A stretch of DNA of 64,000 nt from Octopus vulgaris (taxonomy: Eukaryota), in contig OX597823.1 in assembly GCA_951406725.2 (NCBI GenBank), positions 5,022,001 to 5,086,000 on the forward strand, written 5' to 3'. The notes below the pieces were generated by a model. It made no database searches, had not been told where the DNA came from, and saw only the letters and a program-made list of their open reading frames with translations. The position numbers and the translations under genes were made by a program. This document shows, in pieces, positions 25,844 to 38,674 of the stretch (its first letter is position 1; every line of letters starts with the position of its first letter).

Positions 25844-26826
25844 CAGTAGTCTTATTTTTATCACATGCTTTCACTGCACTACTGAGTGCAGCTCTGTGTG
25901 CCTTGGGTGTGTATTATGGTTTGTTGTGGTGCTCTTATTTTCACTGTATTAAAAGTGCTTTACATAGGATGTGTGCGGTGTCTAGTAGTGCTATTTTTGT
26001 AAGGCTTGGTGTTTTGGTTATGTATTTGTCTGGATGTTTTTTTAATCATACCTAATGCACCTATTATTTTGAGGATTGTTTCTGTTTTTAGACTCCATGT
26101 TTGGGTTACCTCAGTTTCCAGATCTTTGTATTTTGAGAGTTTCTCTGTTCTTTTTTAGAGATATATTGTCATCTTTTGGCATTGATACATTGATTTGAAG
26201 GTATTTTTTTTTGGTGATCTCTGACAACTATATCTGGTCTATTAGCCTTGATTTCTGTATCTGTGTTTATTGGCATATCCCAAAGTATGGTTGCTTTGTC
26301 ATTTTCTGAAACTTTTTCTGGGGTGTGCCTATACCATCTTTTTTCTTCTATCATTCTGTAGTGTTGGCATAGCTTCCAGTGTATATAGGTCCCAACTCTG
26401 TCATGTCTGTGGATATATTCCTTCTTAGGACTGGGAAGCCAGAGACAATATGATTTTTAGTTGTGATCCCCATGCTGGTGGCATGTAAAAAGCACTATCC
26501 GAACGTGGCCAATGCCAGCACTGCCTTGACTGGCTTCCGTGCTGGTGGCACGTAAAAAACACCAACTGATCGTAGTCGTTGCCAGCCTCCTCTGGCCCCT
26601 ATGCCGGTGGCACGTAAAAAGCACCCACTACACTCTCAGAGTAGTTGGAAGGGCATCCAGCTGTAGAAACACTGCCAAATCAGACTGGAGCCTGGTGCAG
26701 CCTCCTGGCTTCCCAGACTCCAGTCGAACCGTCCAACCCATGCCAGCAATGAAAACAGACGTTAAACGATGATGATGATGATATTCTTCCCCATCACCAC
26801 ATATTCTGCAGTTATTTGTCGTATCT
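25844..26826 (-). pseudogene. R4/Dong-type 3' fragment (same family as 18301-20118) interrupted by an RTE-tail insertion at ~26461-26782
   Basis: ORF 26169-26354 WYRHTPEKV.EN.KATILWDMPI...IKANRPDIV; alignment to 18301-18985 resumes after the insertion (CRICGDG). Confidence 0.85.
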
Positions 26827-27238
26827 TTCTTCTTCATGGCCAATCCCTGAGAAACTTCTTCAAGTTTCACTTGGAAAGGAAAATTGGGGTAGAGAGGGAA
26901 TTGTTGTCTTGTAGCCAGTTTGCTGAAAGGTGGATGAAAGTGGCAAGAACGGTGTGAGTGAATGGGCCTGCCCTGAGCATACACCTGTAGTTGGAAAAAA
27001 AGTAAAGCAAAAAAGGCACCTGCCCCAAAAGTCAGAGTACCCATGGTTTTATGGGGTTTTTCCACGAGCAGCTCTCAAATGTCTCCTCCTTGTTGATTTC
27101 TTTCTTTTTTCTTTATAATTTTGTTAGTGTTGCAAAACCTTTACAACACACACACACACACACATACACACACACTCTCTGTCCTGTGCTATGAATAATG
27201 TCTTTCTTAATGTAAATCCTTGTGGTTAATAAAGAAAG
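26826..27238 (+). mobile_element. L1/Tx1-like LINE 3' end
   Basis: GQSLRNFFKFHLERKIGVERELLS...FAERW; 3' end CCTTGTGGTTAATAAAGAAA; homologous to 13241-13782. Confidence 0.55.
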
Positions 27239-27589
27239 CATCATCACCACCACCACCACCACCATCAACATCATCATCATCATTTTATTTTCTTATTTGT
27301 TTTAGTCGTTTGATTGAAGCCATGCTGGAGCACCACCTCAAATGGTTTTAGTCAAAGAAATCGACCCCAGGATTTATTCTTTCTAAGCCTAAGTCCTGAG
27401 GTTGATTTGTTTGACTAAATCCCCTTGAGGTGGTGCTCCAGCATGGCCACAGTTATTTATAGAACATAACTTTTTCAGAATCTGAATTGACTGGGACCAT
27501 TTGGGTAACAGATAATAAGATAATGTGATATACAAGTGAACGGAGATTTGTTGTTGGAGCAGCTGGAGACAGTGATAGAGAAAGAAGAT

Positions 27590-27765
27590 AGAGGTGGGTA
27601 GCTGTATGGTTGCTTGACCTGCTAGAAATAGCAGCTGAAACTTCTTTGGATCCTGGGTTCACTGTATACAGGAAAAGTTGGGATGGACACACTTGGAATG
27701 GATATCTTTGATCATAGGTTTGTTCAACTGAGGCTAACCTGACACTATACAACAACAACAACAAC
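27590..27765 (+). mobile_element. SINE-like repeat with (CAA)n tail
   Basis: GACCTGCTAGAAATAGCAGC motif shared with ~31790-31860 and ~58580-58940 (minus). Confidence 0.5.
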
Positions 27766-27800
27766 CAGTTTGTTACTATTGCAAGGGCCTGTCCACTCTA

Positions 27801-27831
<31 letters not shown>

Positions 27832-28029
27832 TTCTCTCCTCATCTCTCACTTAACAAATCTCTGCCGTTTTTAAATTAGGGACCATGTTTTTTTGTGTGT
27901 GTATGTTTATATATCTATCTACATGTGTACGTGTGTGTGTTTTCTTCTATAACCTCAGGCCAACCAATGACTTGTGAGTGAATTTGGTAAACAGAAACTG
28001 AAAAAAACCTATTGCAAGCATACATTCAT

Positions 28030-29153
28030 ACACACATACATACATAAAATAACATCATAAGTTGGAAGGCTGCTCCTTGAGTAACACTCTTTGTCTGATA
28101 ACCTTAATTACATGTCCAAAGAATTCACACGACTCTACCTCAACATATCATCAGATGAAAAAATGATCCTATATGAGCAGACAACTATGCATGGATTTGT
28201 TAGTTGAAAGCTCCATGGTTATAGTAACATCGATCATCAAAGCAGTTTATCATAAATCAATAGCTGGACTACTACCTGTGAAGGAACAGGAAATATCAAC
28301 CAAGTAGCTGATGCACAAAAGAGATAGAGTTGCAAGAAAAGCTGTAAAATGTGGCAACCAATGCAGACTTTGTGGAGTTCACACTGACGATATCCCGCAC
28401 GTCATAAGCAGTTGTCCGGAAATGTCATCACAGTATTATCTACCGATGAGACATGACATTGTAGCTAGGACAATCTATAATGAAATCCGTCAGAAGGATA
28501 ATCCCGAGGGCAAAGAATTAAGAACCCACAATATGGTAGGAGCCATAACCACTCATAATAAAAAGGAATACTGGTGGAATGTACCAGTGAAGACCTCAAT
28601 AAAATGAAAGCACAACAGGCCTGATATTAGGATTTGGGATAGAAAAGTGAAACTGTGCACAATTGTGGAAATTAGCTGCCCAGCGGATGTCAACATAAAG
28701 ATAAAGATCAGTGAAAAAGAGAACACTTATGCTGAACTATAGAGAAATCAGCAGGTACTCTATCCAGCTTTATACTTGTTCAGGTTTATACCTGTAATTA
28801 TTGGGACCCTGGGATATGTAGCACTATCTAAATACCAATCTTGAGAAATTAAGCTTCTCAGAACCAGAAAGGAGAAAGCTAATTTGAAGACTACGGATCC
28901 AATCCATCAATGGAACTGTAAAAATCTATAAAACTTTCCAGAAGTTTATCATTTAAATATATATGAGCATGTCTAGATATATGTAACTATAAGACATACA
29001 TAAAACATACAAATCTGCACATACAAACATACATACATACATACAAAAATACCCTGTTAATGTTGAAATTCCAATGAAGGAGCCTTGGATCTAGGTTAGA
29101 AACCAGTTATGTCTCTATTGGCAAGAAATCTTGAAATAAACTGAATAATGACA
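28030..29153 (+). pseudogene. REL-type non-LTR retrotransposon 3' fragment, further family, flanked by (CATA)n
   Basis: ORF 28311-28607 CRLCG....DIPHVISSC, RHD; continues past a stop as KHNRPDI, IVEISCP; 3' UTR ends AATAAACTGAATAATGACA before (CATA)n. Confidence 0.85.
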
Positions 29154-29179
29154 AACATACATACATACATACATCCATA

Positions 29180-29730
29180 GTGGCTGCCCCCTCGTTATCG
29201 AGTATGGCCATTGCACGATGCTTAATCAATGTTGTTATCGTGCAATGCCTGTGCAAGAAGAGTTTTTTTAAAGTGAGGAAAGGCTGTGCACTGAGTCAAT
29301 CACACTCGCTAAGCAACAGCAGCCATAATCCGAAAAGAAGACCAAGTCAACATCATCGGTAACCACTGAGTCGCAGGTTTTATGTCGGAGTTATCCCAGT
29401 TACCTGAGTTACCTTCTCCTAGAAGGATGCCCTAACAAAGGCTAGGAGTCCTTCACTCCCAATGGTTTAACCGTGTGATCGGGTATTAAGTCTGATTATT
29501 TCTGTGTCCCCGCGCATGATACAGCCTTAAGACATTTATTGGATGGCCGTTCACTCTCAAGAGTTCCTCCGCCCTTTGACGGGTTTTGTTTTTCATCCCA
29601 TAGGGTGTCCGATAAACACCCTTCTCACAAAGCAAGCTTGGTGGGGTTGCCGGTTTAGTCGACGATGACCCGACCATGCAACAGGTTGTACTGGGTTACA
29701 TGTTACCAGTAGCACTCGAAAGTGACTTGA
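29180..29730 (-). mobile_element. ~550-bp non-autonomous RTE-derived element (structured 5' part + RTE-like 3' terminus)
   Basis: Minus 3' end ATGGCCATACTCGATAACGAGGGGGCAGCCAC + (TATG)n resembles the RTE terminus at 22885-22916; CpG-rich; bounded by (CATA)n on both sides. Confidence 0.55.
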
Positions 29731-30149
29731 CATACATACATACATACAGGTATGTATGTATGTATTCCTATATGCTTGTATAAGTATGAATGTGAGCATT
29801 TGGGTCTCCTTTTCTTGACATTTTGTGATAGTTGTAAACAAGTGTCCCTTACAAGCAATGTCCTTCATTTCTAGTCTTCCATGAAACATGTCCAATCATG
29901 GGAAAGTATTACCTTGCTTAGAAACAAATGAAGATCGGCAACAATGGCACCTGGCCATTGAAAAACCTGCCATAATAAATTCCATCTGACCCATACAAAC
30001 ATAGAAAAATAGATGCTGAAATTATGATGATGATGATATGCGTATAATTTCTGTTGTGCATATAGTTTCATCACAATTTTAGTTTTTGTTTCTTGTTTTT
30101 GTTTTGCAATACAAAGACACTGCAAGTGAGATAAGAATAGATAGGATAA

Positions 30150-30385
30150 AGATCCTTCCCGAGTCATACAGACTCAAGAGTCAGTTTCCCAGTTTCTGTG
30201 TTGTATATATCCACAACCCCGGGACTAAATGCCAGTCCATTGGTGGATTACTCATTTTTCCAGCTAAATGTACTGGAGCAACATGGAATGAAGTGTTTTG
30301 CTCAAGTATACAATGCATCGCCCGGTCCGGGAATCGAAACCACAATCTTACAATCATGATTCCAATCACTAAGCCACACACCACC
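30150..30385 (-). mobile_element. tRNA-derived SINE family C (V-domain-like)
   Basis: Minus strand TGGCTTAGTGA...GTTTCGATTCC...CTTGAGCAAAACACTT...ATGGACTGGCAT; related to 4544-4847 and ~55940-56065. Confidence 0.6.
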
Positions 30386-31314
30386 TATGAGAGGTGGCAA
30401 CTATGTCAGCTAACCCAGTTAAAGCAATTTGAAATGGTTATTTGAGATTGGGTGTGGAGCTAGGCCGGTTTGAAGGTAAGAGGCCTTTGTCATATTAACG
30501 GTCTGCCTCCTAAGCTGGATACTAAAATCCATGCTCAACATGTTACAAACCTTTCAATTATGTGAACAACAGCAAGAATAAAACTAATAATAGCAAGAAT
30601 GATGATGATAATAATAATAATGATGATGATGATAACGTTATTAATAATAATGATAATAATCTGCTTTACATTAAAAAAGAGATAACACAGTAATATTTTC
30701 ACCAGAAAGTCACCATAACTAAATGGCTTAAGCTTTAAACATTGAGGATAAAATGAATGATAACAGGAAAATTAGAAATAAAACAAATGAAATAGAACAT
30801 AAAAGTTTAAAAAATAGGCATATGCAGCAAAAAAAAATAGTTAATCGTTTATCATTGTTTCTCTTAATTAAAAGAGGAAAGAAAAATGTTAAAGGAAAAA
30901 AAATAATAATAAAATAAGTGAAAAGTATATACTAAAGAAAAAAAGCTGCTTGTAGTCAGTCCATTTTGAGGCGTTGTTGGTTGCTAATAAATCGGTGGAA
31001 CAGTGAAAAGAGGTGTGGTTAATAGAATCCCATAAAATTAAGGTATGACATCTTGTTTGGCAAACATGGTAGTTAATGGACTAAGATAATATAATAAAAA
31101 ATAAGCAGAGGTTTTTCTTGGTGTCTTCTTCTTCTCTGCAGCACACAGCATGCAGTAAGCTTCTTTACTCTCTGCTGTCACTGTGAATGCAACCACACCA
31201 TGTCAGACCACTGCCTTAATCTACACCATCCCACCATTATCCCGTTCTCAAAGAACAATTGTGTGAGATGTTTTATTGTCAACAATAACAACTTTGTAAA
31301 AGAACATGGGATCT

Positions 31315-31710
31315 TTTATCCTTTTCTTGTTTTAGTCATCAGACTGTGGCCATGCTTGGGCACCACCTTGAAGAATTTTTAGTTAAATGAATCAAATACA
31401 GTATTTATTTATTTTATGCCTGGTACTTATTCTATTGGTCTCTTTTGCCAAACCACTGAGTCATGGATATGTAAATACACCAATACCAGTTGTCAAGCTG
31501 TGATGGGGAACAAACACACACACATACATATATACATATACATATATACGACGGGCTTCTTTCAGTTTCTGTTTACTAAATCCACTCACAAGGCTTTTGT
31601 TGGTTCGAGGCTGTAGTAGAAGACACTTGCCCAAGGTGTCATGAAGTGAGACTGAACCTGGAACCATGTGATTGGGAAGCAAACTTCTTACCACACAGCC
31701 ACACCTGCAC
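31315..31710 (-). mobile_element. tRNA-derived SINE family A
   Basis: Full-length reverse copy of 127-537; further copies ~10770-10920, 34430-34850, 37250-37635, 39100-39250, 46690-46840, 57028-57415. Confidence 0.85.
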
Positions 31711-32276
31711 CTGATTTCTACTACTTTCAATTAAAACAACATCTCTCTGATACTCAAACCCTGCAAAGTTAATTGCTGTTCAGTAAGCATATATAGGATT
31801 GTTCAACATGCTAGAAATAGCAGCTAAATCACCATTGAATCACACCCTTTGATCTTAGGTGACAAATTCACAGATTTGCTAGAGCATTGAACAGAATGCT
31901 ACATGGTACTTGTTCCAACTCTCTTTACATTCTGAGTTCAAATCCTACTTGTGTTAACTTTGTCTTTTGTTTTTCCGGGGTCAATAATTTAAGTACTCCT
32001 CTTGAATGGTGAATTCGCTGAATTGTTAGAGCATTGGATGGGTAGTTTTGTAGTATTTATTCCAGCTGTCTGCATTCTGAGTTCAAATCCCATCATTGTC
32101 AACTTTGCCTTTTATTCTTCTGGAGGTCAATTAAATATTGGGGCAGTCCTGGGCAGTGGTTTGGGGAATTTTTCTGGTATTTGTTCCAACTCGCTACTAT
32201 ATGAGTTTGAATCCTGGCTAAGGTCAATTCTGCTTTTTATCATTCTGGGATCAATAAAATATGTTGGCAGTTCAGG

Positions 32277-32700
32277 CAGGGCTGGATTGAACCCCATAGA
32301 GGCTCTAAGCACTTAAAAGATTTTGGTACCCCCATCTATATGAAATTCAAAATGTAAATAATAATAAACCATAAAATAAATTTTTATTTTTCAAAATGAA
32401 ACAAAACTCACATTAAAATGGAAAATGATGTTTATTTTTGTATACTTCCACTTGAATTATATTTGAAAAGTTTTCTCCTACTTTTCTTCATTGCAAAATC
32501 TTTGATCAGGTCATCACTATGACACCATGAACATTTTGAAATTGTATTTCCAATAATACAAACCACTTTGGATATTATTTTAGCTAGGGTAAAGTGATTT
32601 CTTTTGTGCTGTAAACCATTTACCATTTCTGTGGTGTGCCCCCTCTTCCCTTCAAGCCTTAAGAACATACTTATTTTGCTTAATAGTTAATCCAGTGCTG
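32277..32700 (-). mobile_element. Internally deleted hAT element
   Basis: TIRs CAGGGCTGGATTGA / TTAATCCAGTGCTG; degenerate 8-bp TSD AGTTCAGG / AGTCTAGG; minus ORF ends DDLIKDFAMKKSRRK, like a hAT transposase C-terminus. Confidence 0.7.
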
Positions 32701-33846
32701 AGTCTAGGGTCAGTGGATTAGGGAATTGTCTGAGCATCAAACCAGATGATTTGTAGTAGTTGTTTCCATCTCTTTGCATTCTGAATTCTTGAGTCGTAGA
32801 TTAAATTCATCATCTAACTGAAGACTACTATCTGCCTGGAGCAGAATTCTCTCTGTTGCAAGCATTCAGACCAAATCTTTGGTTTGAGGGTATATTTCTG
32901 CTTTTTAGCCACTAACCTCAGATGGATCTCTTGAGAAAACAGAGGATCATGGGTACTGATTTTCTCTCTCTAACTAAAAATGAAACAAAATATTGACTCT
33001 AATTAATAGGTAATCAATGACAATATTTAATGTATGAAGACTTTAAGGAGTTAATTTAAAATAATTTAAAATAACTTTGTTGTGAGAGAAAAACATTTGT
33101 TTGTTAATGACTCTAATATTTTAATTTGTCAGCAAATACTTTTCTACTCTAGGCACAAGGCCCATTTGTCAGCAAATACAAGAGAGGAGTTAAATCTTTT
33201 GACTGCTCCATGCACTGAATGTGTTATATATTGTTTGAATTAAAGAAACAATGTATATATAATATTTATAATGTGCAATGGTGCTCACTGTGATATTTTG
33301 TCTCAGGAGGACTTCCCTTAAGAGACTTAGTGTGTTAAAAAATACAGAGAACACCCAGAATGGTGTCAATGGATCATCAGACACTGGGTTTTGACTTAAT
33401 TTGGTACTCTCAGAGATGAACACCCTCAGACATTCTGAGCTAAAGCAGAAGCATCATTCCTATACAGAAATCAGTGAATGGAATGTTCCCCAATTTATGT
33501 GGAATCTAGCCAGGCTTAAATCAAATAAATATACAGAATGAAATGGCATAACATTGAAATAACAATATAACATAGTCTGTATACAAACAATGAATGTTGC
33601 TGGCTGTAACAGTTTGTCCCACAGAAACTTATCTTTAGATATACTTTCTGTGTTAAAAACTCTTACCATCATTATCAGTTAACATCTGTTTCCCACGGTA
33701 GCAAGGGTTAGAATAGTTTTAACAGGAGCTGGCAAGGAAAACAACTGCATCAGGCTTCAATGTCTGCTTTGGTATGCTTTCTATAGCCTGACACCCATCC
33801 TCATACCAATGCCTTTCTTAATGCCATAGAAATGAAAATCGATTAA

Positions 33847-34238
33847 CCCTTTAGTGTTTAAACTGGCCATATCTGGCCTAAATATTCTACATGTCTTATG
33901 TTCAAATAAACAATCACTGAAACCTCAGAGCTGTAAGATAATGCATGATTAATTAAAAACAATTTGAGTGAAAAATTATTACATTTAACAGAGTAATCTG
34001 AACACTAAAGGCGGCAAGCTGGCAGAAACGTCAGCATGCCGGGCGAAATGCTTAGCGATATTTTGTCTGTCTTTACGCTCTGAGTTCAAATTCTGCCAAG
34101 GTCGACTTTGCCTTCCATCTTTTCGGAATCGATAAATTAAGTACCAGTTGTGTACTGGGGTCAATCTAATCGACTGGCCCCTTACCCAACATTTCAGGCC
34201 TTGTGTCTAGAGAAGAAAAGAATCTGAACACTAAAGGG
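33847..34238. mobile_element. piggyBac-type MITE P1 with nested SINE B
   Basis: TTAA-CCCTTTAG...CTAAAGGG-TTAA; SINE at ~34010-34220 flanked by duplication AATCTGAACACTAAAG (33995-34010 and 34221-34236). Confidence 0.8.
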
Positions 34239-35153
34239 TTAAATACTGGCTAATATCATTTTTTCCTTTTCTCACACCATATTTCTTGCAACTTGGCTAT
34301 TTTCTTCACAACACATTTCGTCCATTAGATATTGATTTTCATGTGGCTGCCATTTTGAATTATTTAGAAGGAATAATATTTTGTTCATAAATTTACTTTG
34401 TTAAGGGAAAAAAAAATCAAATCAAATAGGTGCAGGCACGGATGTGGCTGCTAAGAAACTTACTTTGCAAGCAAGCGATTTCAGGTTCAATTCCCACTGC
34501 ACAGCACTTTAGGCAAGTGTCTTCCACTATAACCTTGGCCAGACCAATGCTTTGTAGGTGAATTTGCTAAACAAAAACAATGTGGGATTCTGTTGTGTGT
34601 GTGTGTGTGTGTGTGTGTGCATATATGTATATGTATGTATGTGTTGCTGTGTTTATGTTTCCCCACCACCACTGCTTGTCAACTGGTGTTGGTTTGTTTA
34701 CATCCCAGTAAAAGTGCTAACACTGATAGAAAAAAGCAATAGAGACTGATAGAATAATTACTTTAAAAAAAAAAAAGGTACTAGGATTGAATTATTTGAC
34801 TAAACCCATGAAGGTAACAATCCAGTGACTGAAACAAGTAAAAGATAAAAGTTCATTGAATGATCAAAGTAAATATTTCATTTAATTGTTTTAAGAATAT
34901 TTGCTTTAATAATTAAAAAAAAAAGAAGGTGAGTGAAACTTGTTAATTACCAGCTGAGTGAGATTTAAGCATGTCTAGAATGTAAATACAGACAGGTTGA
35001 GTGTCTGATGTCTTTGACCATCATGACCACAGTCGTATGTAAATATTCCAGGTTTCAGACAAACTCACCTCACCTCCCACTTGTATATATAACAGTGTGA
35101 GTTAAAAATAAATAAATTGGGAAAAAAAAATCATGAAAAAATGTTTAAAAAAT

Positions 35154-35195
<42 letters not shown>

Positions 35196-36147
35196 GAAAG
35201 CCTCACTCTTTGATACGATGTGTTAATCCGTTTAGAGTTAATTAAACATTTTCTTTTCGTAACGATCAAACAATTTCACCAGCAACAGCTCTCACATTTT
35301 AAAGACGAGTTGTTAACTGCATTAATTAATAATACACTCAGATGTGTGTGTATATGCATATATCAATGCGCATGTGTGTGTGTGTGTGTGTGTGTGTCTG
35401 TGTGTGTAAAAAAAGAAAGAAGGCAAGATGTTTAACTCTTTGTCAAGTGTGTTAATTAAAAGTGTTACTGTCAATAACAGCTCTTCCTTAAAATCTCTTG
35501 ACATTTTCGAGATCACATTTACACATTATGGCTAAATTTAATTATTCTGTAACTATGTATACATGCTGTAGAATGGTGACAAGCTTCCAGAAAGCCACAA
35601 CTGTGATGCAGTTTCAATTCCTAAGTCCTGTTGTTTCATTTAACCTTGCTCCCTTCTTTACACTTTTCTTTCTGGTTGAGGGAGTCAACTTTTCTTGATC
35701 ACATTGTTCTTTTTGTATTCTTTTGGGAAATAGCACAACTGGAACACAAAGACCAAGAACACTGCAACAACACTTCTAATGTTTTCCCCACCCTGCTGCC
35801 TTAATTCTCAGCCTTTGCTTCTTTTACCTCATTTGCCTAAAATAACTTCTTCAACCAAGAACCTATCTTAGAAAAAGTGCTTATTCTAATGGGCACTTTT
35901 TGCTGAACTGCTAAGTTACTGGAACATAAACAAACCAATACCTATTGTCAAGTGATGAAGGATAAAGACACACACACACACACACACGCGCATGCACGCA
36001 CGCACATGATTGTCATTATTGCCATCATTTGACTGCTCACTTTTGCATGCTTGTGTGCATCAGACAGAATTCATTGAGGCAGATTTTCTATGATTCTGTG
36101 TCCTTTAGTCATCAACCCTCACCTGTTTACAAACCAGTTAATATTTC

Positions 36148-36664
36148 CTTGATCTCCAACTTAACATTCAGGTTGTGTTAGAACACTGAATACTGCATTA
36201 TTTACCTTGAGAGGATCTCTCATAAGGACTCATGGTGTGTAAAAAATATTTGAAATTCTAACAGTGGCAGATAAGAACCATTTGCTACAGCTGCTGGAAC
36301 TGCCAGATCATGTGATTTCACCCTGCTGTGGGTTCCTCAGTGACAGATGTCCAGTAGAGACATGACAACTGAATCTGCAACCAACAATGTATAAAATCTC
36401 AGTGTCTATTCAGCCACTGGTGTTGCTAATAGCCAGTGGGCTTATTAAAAAAAATTAATGTCAATAGAGGCAGTATTAATCTCCAACTTAACATGGAGCT
36501 TGTATTAAAACACAGAATACTGTGTTATTTACCTTGAGAAGAGCTTTCATAAGGACTTGTGGTGCATAAAAGCACACATAATTATATCATTGACAAACAA
36601 GAATTGTCTGGTCACATAGTTTTCTCATTTCTAACTCAACTTCCATATTAAGTTGAAGATCAAG
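36148..36664. mobile_element. Possible MITE with internal duplication
   Basis: Ends CTTGATCTCCAACTTAA / TTAAGTTGAAGATCAAG are inverted; first ~90 bp repeated directly at ~36479-36572. Confidence 0.5.
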
Positions 36665-36749
36665 ATTACATTTTGGTATTAATATTGCTTCTGTTACACG
36701 CACACACACATACATTCACACACACATTCGCACACACACACTCACACAC

Positions 36750-36788
<39 letters not shown>

Positions 36789-38634
36789 AGTGTGTTCCAG
36801 TTACCAAATCTCTTCACAGAGCTTTAATCAATCTGGTACTATAATAGAACCTCTTGTCTGAGGTGTTGTCATTCAGTGGGACTGAAACCAAAACCATGTG
36901 ATCAAGAAGCAAACTTCTTAACGACATAGCCTTGTTTGCTAAGGTATTCCGTTTATATACGTGATATACCCAGACTAAGAAATCCTAAATAACCAAGGGG
37001 AGTTGTTTACTTCTTTCCATCCATCCCTCCATCCATCTTCATTGCTCTCTATTCCTGTGATGATTAAGGGGAGAGAGTTTTCAGACATGCCCTCTGGAGG
37101 ATCCTGTCAAAAGCAACCATCTGCAAATGTTCCGGCTGGATCCCCAAGCAAGCCTGACTGAGGCTCTGGAGGTTAATAACCTTCTCACTCATGCTTTAAT
37201 CCTCAATCTCCCATTGTTCAGCCTTGTCTATAAAACCTGTTCTATTTGCCAGGCACAGATGTGGCTATGTGGGAAGAAGTTTGCTTCCCAACCACTTAGC
37301 TCTGGGTTCAGTTCCACTGTGTGACACCTTTCACAAGTTTCTTCTGCTATAACCTCAGGCAACCAAAACTTTGTGACTGGATTTGGTAGATGGAAACTGA
37401 AAGAAGTCCATTGTGTATATATTTATGTGTGTGTATGTATGTTCATCTCCTACCACAGTTTGACAACTGGTGTTGGCGTGTTTATGTCCCCATAATTTAG
37501 CAGTTTGGCAAAAGAGACTGATAGAATAAGGACCAGGCTTTAAAAAGAAAGTATTGGGGTCAGTTCGTTTGTCTAAAATTCTTCAAGGTGGAGCTCTAGC
37601 ATGGCCACAGTCTAATGACTGAAACAAGTAAAAGTAGTACTGGGACTGTAACCTCTCAATGTGTGTGGAAAAGTAATGGCTTGTTCTGAAGAAACTCCCT
37701 GATCTTTGAGCCATGTCCCCTGCTGAGTAATGTTATTCTATTGACCCTTCGAGGGAGCCTATTTCAGCTGCTTTCTATTCATGATTCTACTCTTAAGTAA
37801 CAAAAAAAAAAAAATGGTTTACTTCTTGAGGTGACCAGTTAAATAAAAGCTTGTCCTACCCTTTCGTTACCATATTTCTAATGAAATGTAACCTCTTTGT
37901 TTCAATTAATTTTGCGAATAATGAGGAATTTAATAAAATAACTTTGTTATTATTCAGCTGGTGTTTGGAACATAATCTAAAATTTTGATTAAAGGTTTTA
38001 ATTTAGTTCACTTTGAAACAAGAAGCTTGTATCACAAGGGTAATCTCGGGTGGGTTTGCTATCAATAAGGCTAACTAAACATTTATGTTTCTTTTACATT
38101 CATATTTCTTTCACATCTGGGTATTGAGAAGTGAAAGTTAATGATGAAAACTTGTAACTTAAGCCCCACCAAGGGGGCATATGGATTAAGAAAAAAATAC
38201 AGTCATTTTGTTATGTAGGTACAAAACTGACTTATATAACTACAGAACTGGTATCAGTAATGATGGCATATAGGTTAAATTAATATATTTAATTTAATAT
38301 TGTTATCGGTGAGTTAATTACTTTTTTCTACTTTATGTGTCTGCACTCAGCACTACCACTGCTGTCAAGCTTCTAAGGTTTCTAGTCCTTAGAGCCCTTG
38401 GTTTGGTGCACCACTAAATTGCATCTATCCATCTATGCAAAACCTCAGTTATCATCATTATCATCATCATCACCACCACCCTCATTATTATCATTGTCAT
38501 AATTATTGTTGGTCGTCAGTGTCATGTACAGCATCACTACCACCAACACCACCACCATCACCACTGTCACCATCCTCCTCACCATCATCAATATCATCAC
38601 AACCACAATCCTCCTCCTCCTCCTCATCATCAAT

Positions 38635-38674
<40 letters not shown>

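Noticed and set aside
31142-31154. 13-nt micro-exon (CTCTGCAG|CACACAGCATGCA|GTAAGC)
   Set aside because: Signals are plausible but the length is not frame-preserving and there is no supported host gene.
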